The notes beneath the pieces were generated by a model. It had not been told where the DNA came from and ran no database searches. It saw nothing but the letters and a program-made list of their open reading frames with translations. From Antedon mediterranea (taxonomy: Eukaryota > Animalia > Echinodermata), in assembly GCF_964355755.1 (NCBI RefSeq), contig NC_092670.1, positions 10,588,795 through 10,652,794 on the forward strand: 64,000 bases of DNA, read 5' to 3'. Positions 1-13,139 of the stretch are shown here, piece after piece. Both the position numbers and the translations under genes were made by a program. The first letter of the stretch is position 1. Every line of letters begins with the position of its first letter.

Positions 1-620
1 TTATCGTCAATGTCATATTAATAAGATAGAGAAAATTCAAAGAAGGGCAAGTCGATTTATCCTTCATCAACGAATCTTAGATCAGCCATATTCTGACCGA
101 TTAACTAGACTGAATTTGATGACAGCTGAATCAAATCGAGATTATTTTACCGTTATTTTTGTTACAAATATATTGTATAAATTACAGAATAGTTTTATTT
201 TAAATATGTTGACTATCAATTGTAGGCATTTGGATGTTCTAACTTTTAAACATCTTGCATCCAAAACTGATAGGAAAGCATTGTATCCCAATCAGATTTA
301 TTCGTTTGTGGAATTCACTACCGGTCAATATTAAAGACGCCTTTGTATGCGGAAGTTGGGTACAATTTAAAAACATGTTAATGGACCACTTTAAAAACAC
401 TATGCCTCTTTAATGTATATAATTATGGTATTAATATTACATATTTACATTGTTTTATGTTTTAATGTATGCTTTGAGTGCTGGTGTGGCACGCCTTATG
501 GCGACAGTGGTCCTTTGACCTCTTTTGCCACTCCTTGGCACACTCAAAGTTTATGTATTGTTTTAATGTTGCTAAAATTGATAAAATAAAATTATTAACT
601 GTTCACTTTTCTTCCCTTAG

Positions 621-788
621 AATTTTGTTTACCAGTTCAGTATTAAATTTAGCAGAGTTGGTAGCACTGCGACCTGATTTGTCTCGGCTGACCAAGATTG
701 TTTACTTCCATGAAAACCAGCTGGTTTACCCTGTCCGAAAACAAAAAGACAGAGATTTTCAATATGGATATAATCAAATAATAACATG
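621..788 (+). CDS. GTDC1: GTDC1/QTMAN (queuosine-tRNA mannosyltransferase) internal exon; upstream exons not in the window
   Basis: AG acceptor 619-620, GT donor 789-790; encodes ILFTSSVLNLAELVALRPDL...YFHENQLVYPVRKQKDRDFQYGYNQIIT, recognisable as the GTDC1 N-terminal (DUF3524) region. Confidence 0.93.
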
Positions 789-1410
789 GTACTGTATATT
801 TATTGTTAGTTTTTAAATTTATAATAGGGAATTGAGAAGGACAGCAGGGGTGGATCCACGATTTTGAAATATAGGGGTGGGGAGAGGGAGGCTCAGACAC
901 AAGCATTTGAGCGTTCGGTAAATACGACCCCTAGATAGTCAGAAATGGTACTCGCACACAAAATTTATGATAAAATGGCACCTCCCACTAATCTAGTTGG
1001 CCCGGGAAGGACGTTTGTATCATGCGCAGAAAACAGCAAAACGATCATACTTTTTCTGGCTGGTAAACACAGTGACGTAACATTTTTTGCATATGTTGCG
1101 CATGTTCTGTGTGTAGGTAACTGCTGATTGTTTGATCGTACTTTACACAGTGTTGTGTTTTAATGGTAATTTTAAAGTTGTCATCCTGAATACTTACATA
1201 CTATTCCCCTTGATTTTCAGAAAAATCAATATATTGTTGACGTCCCAAATGCTTATTTTAATCTGCAGTTATCTTTATCTCTCTTTATTTTGAAAAGTAT
1301 TTTGCTCAGTCCATAATTTATTCTTCTATCTATGCCCAGATGAGGTCAATATTTATATGCAAAGGAAAACTTTAAAATTTATTTAATGTTAATTTGCATT
1401 TTTCTTTTAG

Positions 1411-1776
1411 TTTAACTGCTGACATTGTTTTATTCAACTCAAAATACAACATGGAATCTTTCTTGTCATCAATTGGGACATTTTTAAAACTTATGCCTGA
1501 CTTCCGTCCTAAAGGCCTCGCTGAAAAGATACGACCAAAATCAAAAGTGTTGTATTTTCCAATAGAATTTCCAATAATGAATGATCCAATAGCAGATGTT
1601 ATGGAAGGACTGACGTTAGCGGAACAGGCCAGTTCATTACATGAAAGTCAGGAGGTGTTTGAAAAATCCAAAGACAGGGCTATTAAATCAGGTGTCACCG
1701 GAGAACAGACAGTTAGCTGCAGTTCAGTTTTATCACAATTGTCATCCCCATTAAAAATAGTATGGGCTCATAGATG
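1411..1776 (+). CDS. GTDC1: GTDC1 internal exon
   Basis: tttcttttag acceptor, GT at 1777; phase matches previous exon (TG|T=Cys); [18 protein letters not shown]...[14 protein letters not shown]...KIVWAHRW. Confidence 0.93.
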
Positions 1777-1849
1777 GTACAGTCCTAGTGCATGTTTTGA
1801 CTGCATCACTTATTTAGACTGCTATAATCATTTGAGTGCTATGCTTATT

Positions 1850-2847
1850 TAGTCTGCTATACTTATTGACACTGCTATACTTATTTACAGTGCTGTACTT
1901 ATTTGACTGCTATACTTATTTGACTGCTATACTTATTTGACTGCTATACTTATTTACACTGCTGTACTTATTTACACTGCTATACTTATTTACACTGCTA
2001 TACTTATTGACACTGCTGTACTTATTTACACTGCTATACTTATTTACACTGCTGTACTTATTTACATTGCTATACTTATTTACACTGCTATACTTATTGA
2101 CACTGCTGTACTTATTTACACTGCTATACTTATTTACACTGCTGTACTTATTTGACTGCTATACTTATTTACTCTGCTGTACTTATTTACACTGCTATAC
2201 TGTACTTATTTACACTGCTATACTTATTGACACTGCTGTACTTATTTACACTGCTATACTTATTGACACTGCTATACTTATTTACACTGCTATACTTATT
2301 TACACTGCTATACTTATTGACACTGCTGTACTTATTTACACTGCTATACTTATTTACACTGCTGTACTTATTTGACTGCTATACTTATTTACTCTGCTGT
2401 ACTTATTTACACTGCTATACTTATTTACACTGCTATACTTATTGACACTGCTGTACTTATTTACACTGCTATACTTATTGACACTGCTATACTTATTTAC
2501 ACTGCTGTACTTATTTACACTGCTATACTTATTGACACTGCTGTACTTATTTACACTGCTGTACTTATTTACACTGCTGTACTTATTGACACTGCTGTAC
2601 TTATTTACACTGCTATACTTATTTACACTGCTGTACTTATTTACACTGCTGTACTTATTTACACTGCTGTACTTATTTACACTGCTGTACTTATTGACAC
2701 TGCTGTACTTATTTACACTGCTATACTTATTGACACTGCTATACTTATTTACACTGCTGTACTTATTTACACTGCTATACTTATTGACACTGCTATACTT
2801 ATTGACACTGCTGTACTTATTTACACTGCTGTACTTATTTACACTGT
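1850..2847. repeat. Intronic minisatellite, 18-bp unit (T/G)ACACTGCT(A/G)TACTTATT, about 55 copies
   Basis: Direct tandem repetition; explains the low-complexity ORFs 1937-2873. Confidence 0.97.
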
Positions 2848-2926
2848 CTGAATTTTTACTATTTTGTGCCTAGTTTACCTGGATTTTTTAGTAGTGGTAC
2901 TTATTCACATTTTTTTCCTTTTGTAG

Positions 2927-3036
2927 GGAACACGACAAGAATCCTGACCTTTTTTTTAGAACACTTTATAAACTTCTAGATAGTGGGGAAGACTTCAGGA
3001 TTTCTGTTCTTGGGGAACATTACTCAGAAATTCCAG
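2927..3036 (+). CDS. GTDC1: GTDC1 internal exon (not in ORF track)
   Basis: ttgtag acceptor, gtaatt donor; completes W then EHDKNPDLFFRTLYKLLDSGEDFRISVLGEHYSEIP (conserved HRWEHDK motif). Confidence 0.92.
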
Positions 3037-3089
3037 GTAATTATAAAGTCAGTAGAGGGCAGTGTTAAAAAATATTGTCTGCGATTTAA

Positions 3090-4853
3090 AGGGGGATTCT
3101 GGGTTTAAAATTGCTTTTAAATATCGTTTATTTATTAAATAAAAAATACAGATATTATAACAATATAGACATGTCAGAATGAAGAAGTAATGACGAGAAA
3201 TTAAAAAAATTAAATTTCATATACATTTTAGGGTAAATTCATGGAAAGTCTGTTTTTCAGCAGCTTAGGGAAGTCCATTAATATTCATGAGATATTCACA
3301 AAATCACGTCATCAGTGGATTCCAAACTTGCGACGTCAAGCTTGTACGTTGTGTTCTCTCTCCCCTGTCAAACGACGACCACCCGATCATTGTGAAATAC
3401 ATTTTTTTTAGATTTTCTAAGCTAGGCCTAAAGTGTAATAATAACAGTAGTAGCATATATTTATTTGACATTTAATGAAATACAAAATTTAGTACAGATT
3501 ACGGAGTCATAAATTATACTATTTTTATACCTCGAATAGTACAGATCGTATATCGGCTTCACGTACTAGGCTAGGCCTGGATAAGCAAGCCTGCGAGCTA
3601 CAGCGATTTTAATTGTTTTTGCTTATCCTTGCCTCCTTAGATTTTCACCTGTCTTGTTTTTGTTACCTTGTTTTAAATGTATTTCAATTTTAAAGGCTAA
3701 ATAAAGAATGAATGAATGAATGAAGGCCTAGCCTAAATCATTTTATTCATGGGTGAGAGCCATTTCTGACTAGGGATTCCATGCCACGATGGCTACGTTA
3801 AAACATTGGGGCCATCATTCATGGGCCTAGCTAGCCTATTACTAAACGATTGGCCCATAAATAACAAAAGTCAGTGGATTCCAAACCCATCCTATCAACC
3901 AAACTCCTAAACAATCTAAACCTAAAACGTTCTACAAAAATCGGCTGTAAATATTGAGGCAAAACAAGGTCCGATCGCCGTCCGCACGTATGGTGTCCCG
4001 ATCGTCTAATAAGTAGGCCTGAAATAGGCCTAGTTTACTCTCCAAAAAAGCGGATACTGCATCAAGCAAGTAGACCGGTAGTAGGAAGGAGACCTAGCCT
4101 ATCCGGCCCAGTTAAAAATTGAGCTAGCTAGTGTAGTAGACCCTATGCGAATTGATACTACTAGGCCTTTTACTATAGGCTACACTTGTTAAAATTAGCA
4201 ATACTGTACTTATGTTTACAAATATTCCAACTCTCTCATTCGAGCTATATTATCTATACCATTCCGGTAGGTCGAGTCGACCTTCAATCAAATACTGTAC
4301 ATCGTTCATGTTGTAATTTAGACGGGGTATACTCGACCCGACCAGTTTGGTATTGTATACTGTATCTGCTTATCACGTGACGATGCCAGGCATGGGCAGA
4401 GAGAGCACGTGTATCGTCGTCTCGCTCTCCTCGCTCAGCAGGAATGTATACGTTACGCTTCATTGATTTTGAAGGCTTTCCCTAAGTCAGTGCGAAAATC
4501 GGCAAACGTAAAGTGCAAACTTATCTAATTTTTCACTGTTTTGATGGATTTTCATAGAAAATTGACTTTATAAATGGGAAGACCGACTAAAATTACATCA
4601 GATAAGTATAATTTTACAAAAGTAATTGATATGGTTAATGATAACGAGTCGTCGGAAGATTGACCATTTCACGAATTTCCTATTCTGTAACCATATTGTG
4701 ATTTTGCCGTAGCTGCACTTGTAATCTGGCCTCATTTCACAGCCTTCGTTCTGCTTCACTGGGCGCTTATATAAATTGAAACTTTTACCGTTCAAGAGAC
4801 AAACAAATATATTTTACATTTTTTACTATTCATTTTAAACCCGGAACCCCTCT
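3090..4853. mobile_element. Kolobok-like non-autonomous DNA transposon
   Basis: TIR agggggattctgggtttaaaa / ttttaaacccggaacccctct (3 mismatches in 21 nt), AG..CT termini, TTAA on both sides (3086-3089, 4854-4857); uninterrupted copy of the target at 4948-5078. Confidence 0.8.
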
Positions 4854-5214
4854 TTAAAAACATTAAATATCATTTATTTGTACTGCCACTGTTTAACATT
4901 CCTAAAGAAGCTAGAATAAATTATGGTATTGTTCAAATTCGATAAAATCAGTAGAGGGCAGTGTTAAAAAATATTGTCTGCGATTTAAAAATATTATAAA
5001 ATATATCATTTATTTGTACTGCCACTGTTTAACATTCCCAAAGAAGCTAGAATAAATCATAGTATTGTTCAAATTTGATTGAATAGCGACTCTGTTTAGT
5101 ACGGCGGAACAGCACTAGTCCCTGAATTACACATGTGCACTAGAGATCAGATTGATACGCCCTCATCTTTCAGTATTTTAATTCACAAAGTGGGATCTAC
5201 CTGTTTTTATATAG

Positions 5215-5359
5215 ATATTTTCACTGAGGCTTATGAGAGTCTGAAAGATAATATAGTTCATTGGGGTTATCAGCAGTCAAAAGAGGACTACTATCAAGTA
5301 TTGATAGAGGGCGATGTTGCTGTATCAACGGCCAAGCACGAGTTTTACGGTGTTGCAAT
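5215..5359 (+). CDS. GTDC1: GTDC1 internal exon
   Basis: atag acceptor, gtgagt donor; [48 protein letters not shown] (GT-B glycosyltransferase C-terminal domain). Confidence 0.93.
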
Positions 5360-5804
5360 GTGAGTAGTTTTAATTATTGTTTAACAGTTCGATTAGGCCC
5401 TCTACAGACACAGAAGCCATGGTCCAGATGCCTATCATAAACGACAGGAGCTGAAATGGACCAGTACATTGGGGTAACCCCCTAAACTCTACCGTAAGAT
5501 GTTTTTTTTTAATGTACACAAGGCCCATGGACTCCAGTTTTAAGTTTTTTCCAAGATGTCTTGTTGTAGCACCAGAATAATATTCAAGGAGAGCCTGGAA
5601 CCTGTACTGATGTTATGGCTTTATTTTTTGGCGCCCCTAAACCAAAAGACAAGATCACCTAAAATTTAAGTATTTAAAGTTTACAATACTTGGTGTTGTA
5701 TAATATGGAATAGCCACTCTCTAATTTCTTTGCGTTCACCATTATAGCTTTACTCCGATTATAAATTTTGAAATAGTTACTGGAAGCCTGATGTATATTT
5801 ATTA

Positions 5805-8255
5805 GGCGTCATCTAAAAATTATTTCAGACCACAGAGACACGTCTGAAAACTTGCAACCCATCAGACGCGTCTGTCCAATGCTGAACCTCATTAACGATC
5901 TATTATGAATATTCATGAGCTACCCAATCGCGGCGAAGACGCGTCTGTGTGATTAAAACCCGTCTTCGCTGTTTAGTAGGTAAAACAATAGAAAACGCGT
6001 CTGAGTGATTAAAACCCGTCTGTATTGCTTGTATGGTGAAACAACATTGGTATCATTTCACAGAACCAACAAATCTGAGACTAGGCCTAGGTTATCCTAA
6101 TTTGGACGGAAATTCGCCGATGAGACGACATCGGGCCTGTGGACCTCAGCTCATGCAGAGAGAAAGAAAGTCTAGGCTAGCCTAGTTTCGGCGGCCTACA
6201 CACTAGCTAGGCCTATAAATTATTTAATGCTCCTACCTTGGGTTAGCGAATTATAAAAACAACGACGCCTAGGCTAGGATATGAAAAATAAATATATTTT
6301 CCATATTAAGATAAAACATGAGCAGTTTAGAGCTAGAGAGAGAGTATTATGTTTCATGTCATGTGACACAAAATCCAGGTACACGATCTTAATTACTGTT
6401 TTATCGTCGTCCAGACGGCAGCCGCCAGAGTATCGCCTTTCATGCCATGTGACCAAAAAAACTAGGTCTGTATTTATTACGGTCTTCTGTCGGCAGTCTT
6501 TTTGAGCGACCGACTGAAAACGTTCAGATTCTATATTTAGAATGAATAGTTTACGATCTTTTTTTCTCGGCATCGTTCTGGATGGACTGGACGTTCGCTA
6601 TAATATGTTTATTAAGCCCCTTTCTCACAGATGTGCCTGCAATATACCGGTACAGTGCTGGCGTCGTGCCGGTATCGTTACCGGCATATACCCATTCTCA
6701 TCGGACTATCGTGCCGGAAATATAACCGGTATATACCGGCTTTCTGTGAGAAAGGAGTCGGGCATATTCGGCCAATAAAAAGTCTCTGACAAAATAATTA
6801 TTGAGGGCGTCCTTTATTGTTATTATTTTTGTCTAGCGATGATATGGCGGCGAATGTTAAGTTACAGATTATTATCTTCCTTTATAGCATATTTATGCAA
6901 TACATGCTATGTACAGTATATTGTGCATATATTATACAGGTATAGCAATTAATTTGCCGTCATCGGCAATCTGTAAAACACCTTAGAAGGCTGTAGGCCT
7001 ACAATTTACAAGGCGACGAAAGGTCAGGCACCAACAAACAAAGAGCTAATAATGGCCTAGCCTAGCGGCCTATATAGATTATGCTACAAATTTCTTCTTG
7101 TCCCCTTATTTTAAGCAGCTCTCTTATCTCATTATCCCTCCAGTTCCACATTATTATTGTTAATTGAATTGAATAGGCGCCAAAGTGATACACTTGACTG
7201 CGCAAGGTGTCAAAGCCTCGACGGGGAACCCCGGAATATAACGGCAATACGTTCTCACAGAATGCCCGTCTGGCATTGCGGGGAATATCCCTAGAATATT
7301 ACTAGGTCTAAAGCAGGTCATGTCGATGCCGGCATGGTGCCGGCATGATGCCAAGACGACCCGTTCTCACAGAAAACCATACCGGCATGGTAATGGTATA
7401 TTCCCGCAATATTCCTGGCACACAACTCTGTGAGAAAGGGGCTTTAGTTGGCCTGTTCGTTGAGGTTCACTTGTGTTGGATCGCGTGTCTCTACGTTTAC
7501 ATCGTGGGAAATTTATATTTATATTCGCCGTTGAGTAGGTAAAGACGCACGAAGGAAACGATTACGATTAAAAAATATTATATATTTACAACTTGGTCCT
7601 CCGCCAGTTAAATTTAACACATTAATTTCACACCTTCTTACTTCACTAATATCGTATAGGGTTGTTTATTTAGGTTACGAACTCCCTACAAAGTTCAGAA
7701 CGTAGCTCATTGAGGTTACGAAGCCAAACAATGGAACCTACGAAGCCAACAACGTAGCCTACGAAGCTACTTCGTAGGTAAAGTTGCAGTATTTTCTTTC
7801 TGTACTGTAGGTCAATAGTTTTAGTAATTCCATGTTCCAAAAGTTAACTTTAACGTTTTTGCATGTGGTAAATTCACTCTTTAGCACAAGAAAAATAAAA
7901 TCGCAAAAATAAAAGGTCGCGAATAAATAGAAACGAAAATTTGCGCTTTACAGTATACTCTGTCGGCGGTAAAAGGGTATACCTGTACTGATTTGTTTGT
8001 CTTATACTGCCGGTTGTAAATAATAATTTAATATCACGCTCTCAATGAATTCACTTGTATGTAGCGCGTTTAACACCAGTACACAGTATAACAATGTGCA
8101 GTCAGCCGTATATAGGGGCGGGGCCATAGTCGAACATGCATATTGGCGTCTAGACGCAGCCAAATCAGACGGGCTTTGAGACGCGTTTTTGGGTAAACAA
8201 TAGAAAACGCGTCTGGACGCTGATTTGTGGTCTGAAATAATTTGTAGATGACGCC
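5805..8255. mobile_element. PIF/Harbinger-like non-autonomous element containing nested insertions
   Basis: About 30-bp TIR ggcgtcatctaaaaattatttcagaccaca / tgtggtctgaaataatttgtagatgacgcc, TTA duplicated at both ends, subterminal agacgcgtct repeats. Confidence 0.78.
6615..7443 (-). mobile_element. PIF/Harbinger-like element nested in the previous one, with a Myb/SANT remnant
   Basis: TIR agcccctttctcacaga / tctgtgagaaaggggct, TTA TSD; minus-strand WRDNEIRELLKIRGQEEI resembles the start of a trihelix Myb/SANT domain. Confidence 0.75.
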
Positions 8256-8499
8256 TTACGTCAGAATGTATAAACAAAATTTTCAAAAATTCTATCAACT
8301 AAAAGTTGAAGTAAATCACGTCTCTAGTCCATTCTCAGTTGCCACACTTGTGTTGTTTACTCTGAAATAACCGTTTAATAATCTCTTTGCTTTCTCATGT
8401 CCATTCTACAGTTATCACAGATTGACTAGTTTAGTCATACCCAGTATCGTTTTGGTTTTACAATTAATTGAGAATATACCTCATGCAAGTATTTAATTA

Positions 8500-9325
8500 G
8501 GCCCTGTTTCTGCTTCCAACTAAATACCGTATATTATACGGTATTTTTTGAATACCGTATATATACGGTATATTTTTGGCAGCAGAAACTGCGCTCATAA
8601 AAAATATACCGTATTTTTTATACCGTATTTTCCCCACAAAATTTGTGGATAAAATACGGTATTTACAAATTTATACCGTATTTTTTGTACCCGTTTCTGC
8701 TGCCAATAAAAAATACCGTATTTTTTTTTTACATGACAAAAGGTCAACATTTGTATTTTTATTTTCTGTCGCTGTCAGCTGTTTTACACACGTGTATATA
8801 TAATATATTCGGCGAAAATGTGGAGCGAAGACGTCACAGTTTTACTAAATAAATTTGTGTGGGGAAGCTAAAATGTCTGGCCAACTAAAAGGTAATAAAA
8901 GGGACAACCACATTTATAAAGACATTTCTAAAAAACTAAAGCAGGAGTATGGAATAGACTTGTCTCCAAAGCAAGTAAACTCAAAGCTAAAGAGCCTGCG
9001 AAAGCAGTACAACATTGCAAAATACAATAACTCGGGGAGGGAACGAATTAATTGTCCCCATTACGATGTTTTCTGTGCTCTCACAACATCTCTTTCACTA
9101 GGGCTAGGCTGTTGAAAGTGAGACGTAAAACTTCCTTTATTGCAACTTTTAATTATCGATCAAATAAATGAATGGCAATTTGGGTAAAAAAGATGAAATT
9201 TAACACGACCACCCAAGAAGTATTGTTAGCAGAAACGGGGTACTAAAAAATACGGTATAAAAAATACCGTATTTTATACCGTATTTTTATACCGTATTTT
9301 GAGCAGTTGCAGCAGAAACAGGCCC
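8500..9325 (+). mobile_element. PIF/Harbinger-derived element with Myb/SANT (trihelix) ORF remnant at 8855-9115
   Basis: TIR ggccctgtttctgct / agcagaaacaggccc, TTA TSD, subterminal ataccgtat repeats; IYKDISKKLKQEYGIDLSPKQVNSKLKSLRKQY...CPHYD. Confidence 0.8.
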
Positions 9326-9553
9326 TTAGAATTATTTCAGTTTGTTTTATTTTTGCTCAGTTACTTTTGTCATTGAAACGTAGTAACATTCAATAAATAT
9401 ACAACATGGCATATGTTGATATTTAAGGTGCTGCAAGGTCCTAAAGTATGAACTCCTAAAGATTGGTGTTCTCTTTATCACTGCCCTCTTGTAACCGTAC
9501 TTTCTTTTGTTGCTATAGCAACTGATGCTTTTATTAGAACATTTAGGGGTTAA

Positions 9554-9889
9554 AGATGTATTGTCCCCCTGAAAAAATAATTCTTAACAACATTTTTATT
9601 GAATATGCCATTTTAATGTAACATAATAGTTATCGACTTTGACCAAAAATTGAATTGAAAAAAAATGTATTTATCTGAAAAAAACTGTAATTTAAAGCAA
9701 AAAATGGCCAAATTGGCTGCCAGCCAGTGGGTTTTTGGTTGAATTTAACCATTTATTTAATCAATTTGTAGGTGAAAACATTTTTTTTTCTATATGGAAC
9801 TGATTAACTTTTTTAAAACCACAAAATAACATATTCAAAGTCTGATTTAATTAACCTTTTTTTTCATGTTTTTGGGGGACAATACATCT
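9554..9889. mobile_element. Kolobok-like MITE
   Basis: Perfect 16-bp TIR agatgtattgtccccc / gggggacaatacatct with TTAA at both sides; absent from the paralogous flank near 57210. Confidence 0.82.
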
Positions 9890-11382
9890 TTAATAGGTCA
9901 AACCCCTTTATGTTTTTTTTTGTTTTAGCTGAAAGTGATTTTTTACACTAATACATTCAAAGCTTTAGATTTAGATCTTAAATTTTGTTTGGTACTTTCA
10001 CTTTACCTTGGAAAATACATCAACATTCATCTTGTGTTTGCTTATGTCACTAATTTCTTAGATCAAAACCAATATAATAAGATATATGTAGCTACATGTA
10101 CATTTTTATTTCATTTTTAATCAATTCAAAACAAGATTCAATTTAAAAACTTTAGCAAACACCATTACAAATACTCCTAAAACTACTAGAATATAATTAA
10201 TTAGAATATCATTAATTAAAATATAGGAAATACTGATTTATGATTAGATATCAATTTGATTTTATTAATTAAAAAGCAATAATAATAATTCAATTCAATT
10301 CAAATTCAATTACTTTCACCTTTACCTTGGAAAATACATAAACATTCATCTTGTGTTTGCTTATGTCACTAATTTCTATAAAAACCAATATAATAAGATA
10401 TATAATATGTAGGCCTACATTCATTGTAAGTTTTTTTTTCATTTCAAAACGAGATTCAATTTAAGAACTTCAGCAAATATTAGATTAAAACACTACTAAT
10501 TATTAATGAAAATATAGGAAATACTGATTTATGATTAGATATCAATTTGTTATTATTATATTAAAACAATAATAATGTTACTATTATGTATGTATTAGCA
10601 TAGTTTTAAATAATAAAATAAGATTTTTTTACAGAATGAATTGATTAAATTATTTGGTATTACTATAATATTTAAAAATGATTAATAATAAAACATCCAT
10701 TGTTACTAACTAATAAAAAATTCCCAAAAAAATAAATTACAGTTGATATGACAATATATTTTATTATTGATGTTATAAAATGTGGATTATTATAATAAAT
10801 AATCATTTAATGATAAGGCAAAATTTTACTTAATAATTAGTAGTTTATTTTTTAATTAATTTATATCCAATATTACTTTGCAAAATTCCAAAATAAAAGA
10901 TTGAATGAATGAATTATAAAGAATATAACCATTTAACACCAGATACCCTTTTAATTAAATTAGTAAAACTAAAATAAATACCAATATTATGATTTACTAA
11001 AGATTATAACACATCCAAGTCAGTAGTATCTTTTATTAATAATGGAATTTGATATTACTATGTAGTATTATATATGGGCATATATTTTTAACAATTCTGA
11101 CAATACTATAATTATTATTTAATAAATTATCGTAATCATAAACTTATGTACTGTATGTGATTAAATTAAGACACTGTATATTCAAATTAATTTTATTTCG
11201 TCATTATGTTATTAAACCAAGGTTTTATTATTCATTTAAAATAATTAATATAACACAAAAAGTATAATAACCAAACATGATTTTTGATCTCACTGCATCT
11301 TTAATAAAATCAATATTTTTCCATTTTTTATATTTATGAGCCAAATTAAAGTCAAATTACTAAAGTTATAATTAAAATTTTC

Positions 11383-11630
11383 TTATGGTGCTCTTTTAAC
11401 CATCATCACTGTCTTCTTGAGACTGTTGTATTTATGGAAATGATACCAGATGATGCCTGACCAATCAGCTGTACCTGGTGTAAGGTAAAGCCCATTCAGG
11501 TTTGATAGACCACAGGCATAGTACCACCAAGCACCTTTGTGTATCTCAGCACAGTTACCACTGTACTTATTATCATTGTCTGTATCATACGTTGTAAATT
11601 GGTCACCATTGTGGAATGCCAAAGAATCAC
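11383..11630 (-). CDS. FReD-1 terminal exon (fibrinogen C-terminal P-subdomain)
   Basis: AG acceptor at 11632-11631; GDSLAFHNGDQFTTYDTDND...NCAEIHKGAWWYYACGLSNLNGLY...WYHFHKYNSLKKTVMMVKRAP-stop. Confidence 0.93.
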
Positions 11631-12588
11631 CTAAACAAACAAAACATATCATCTTTAGTTTACTGGATACATGCAGTTTTTTTAATACAATTGTTTTATT
11701 TAAACATGTAAAAAATTAATATATGCTATGTAAAATGATGCATACCTAATGAGTGTTTTAATTAATTTATGTTTTTTTGAGATTCACATCCTGTTTTAGG
11801 GGATTTTTTATTTGTTTAAAATCAAAAAACTTTTAAAAAATAGTGTTCTTGTATTTTTTTATTCTATAAATTATACAATATGGTTGATTTATTTTACTAT
11901 ATTATAATTATAATTTGTTGCTCATTCAATGTTTGCTTATTATTTTACTTGTTTTCCTTTTAATGTATATGAACCATATTAATTCATATAATAATATTTA
12001 TTCGATCATCAATGTAAAAATAACCAGGAATGAGAATAGGCTAAAGCCCAAACAGATTCTGCACTCACTCCATACAACATAAACAGTTAAGATAAAACCA
12101 TATACAAGAAAAATACAAATAAACTATACTATATTACATACAACATGAAATTATGAAAATATGATAAAATTGACATTAATAAAACATTAATATTATTTTT
12201 ATATTTTAACTGAAATATACTTTCAATACAAATGTACTGATTTAAAAAAAACAATGGAAGCGAAAACTAATTTCCAAAGTGTTTAGTAACTACAACATTT
12301 AAAATAATAACATTTTTAAATGTTAAATTGAAATGTTGTTGTTAAATGTTGGAGCTAATCCATTGAACATTTTGATATCATTTTTAGAATTGTTAGTTTG
12401 ATTAATTAATTTTAGTTGGTTGTGTATATAGTAGCTTTTCTTTAATATTGGTCCAATTTCTTTCAGATTTGATATCATGTTGCCTTTTTATCTTTGGGTA
12501 GCATATTGTTAAGTTTAACCTAAATCAATTTCAAATTTCTGTTTTTCTTTTTCTATATTTTTCACATAATACATGATTTGTAAATAAA

Positions 12589-12687
12589 ACAAGGCCATAC
12601 ATGGCTGCGGTCACGTGCTCAAATTTGAGTTAGTGTTTACCGACCAACCGAGTGAGCTGTAGAGTCGCGTTTGCACATGACTAAAAA
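12589..12687 (-). mobile_element. Short Helentron/DINE-1-like non-autonomous remnant
   Basis: Ends aacaaggcca and agagtcgcgtttgcacatgactaaaaa resemble both ends of the 29160-29915 element. Confidence 0.45.
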
Positions 12688-13139
12688 TTAATTAATTATT
12701 AAACACAACTGTTTTTATAGCTTATATTATTATACAGTACCAAAGGAAAACTTCATTATACCTGACCTACCGTAGTCAGTGCAGTGAACATTTCCGAACT
12801 TGATTTAATACTATTAGAACATTTTTTCCTCATTTTCTATTTCATTTGTGGTAAGTGTTCCATTTTTAATCATTTCGTTGGCAAGCTAACATCTTTTGTA
12901 TCTCAAATCTATCTAAAATATGGTGTAGTACTTTAAAATTAAATTGGAACATTGGCCATGTATGAGTCATTATGTCCCAGTCAATATTCCAGTGACTATT
13001 TATAAATGCTGGTACATAACTAGATGCAACATGGGATTCTTGTGATGAAGACATATAAATGTGTGAACATTAAGGTATGCTAAATTTACTGTTCTGTAAG
13101 CTTGTTTAAACCGTTTAATCCCATTCAATGTTCTTATCA

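Noticed and set aside
1937-2873. ORFs with IYTAIL/LFTLLY repeats; repeat array superficially CRISPR-like
   Set aside because: Translations of an intronic 18-bp minisatellite; no unique spacers and no cas genes, in a eukaryotic context
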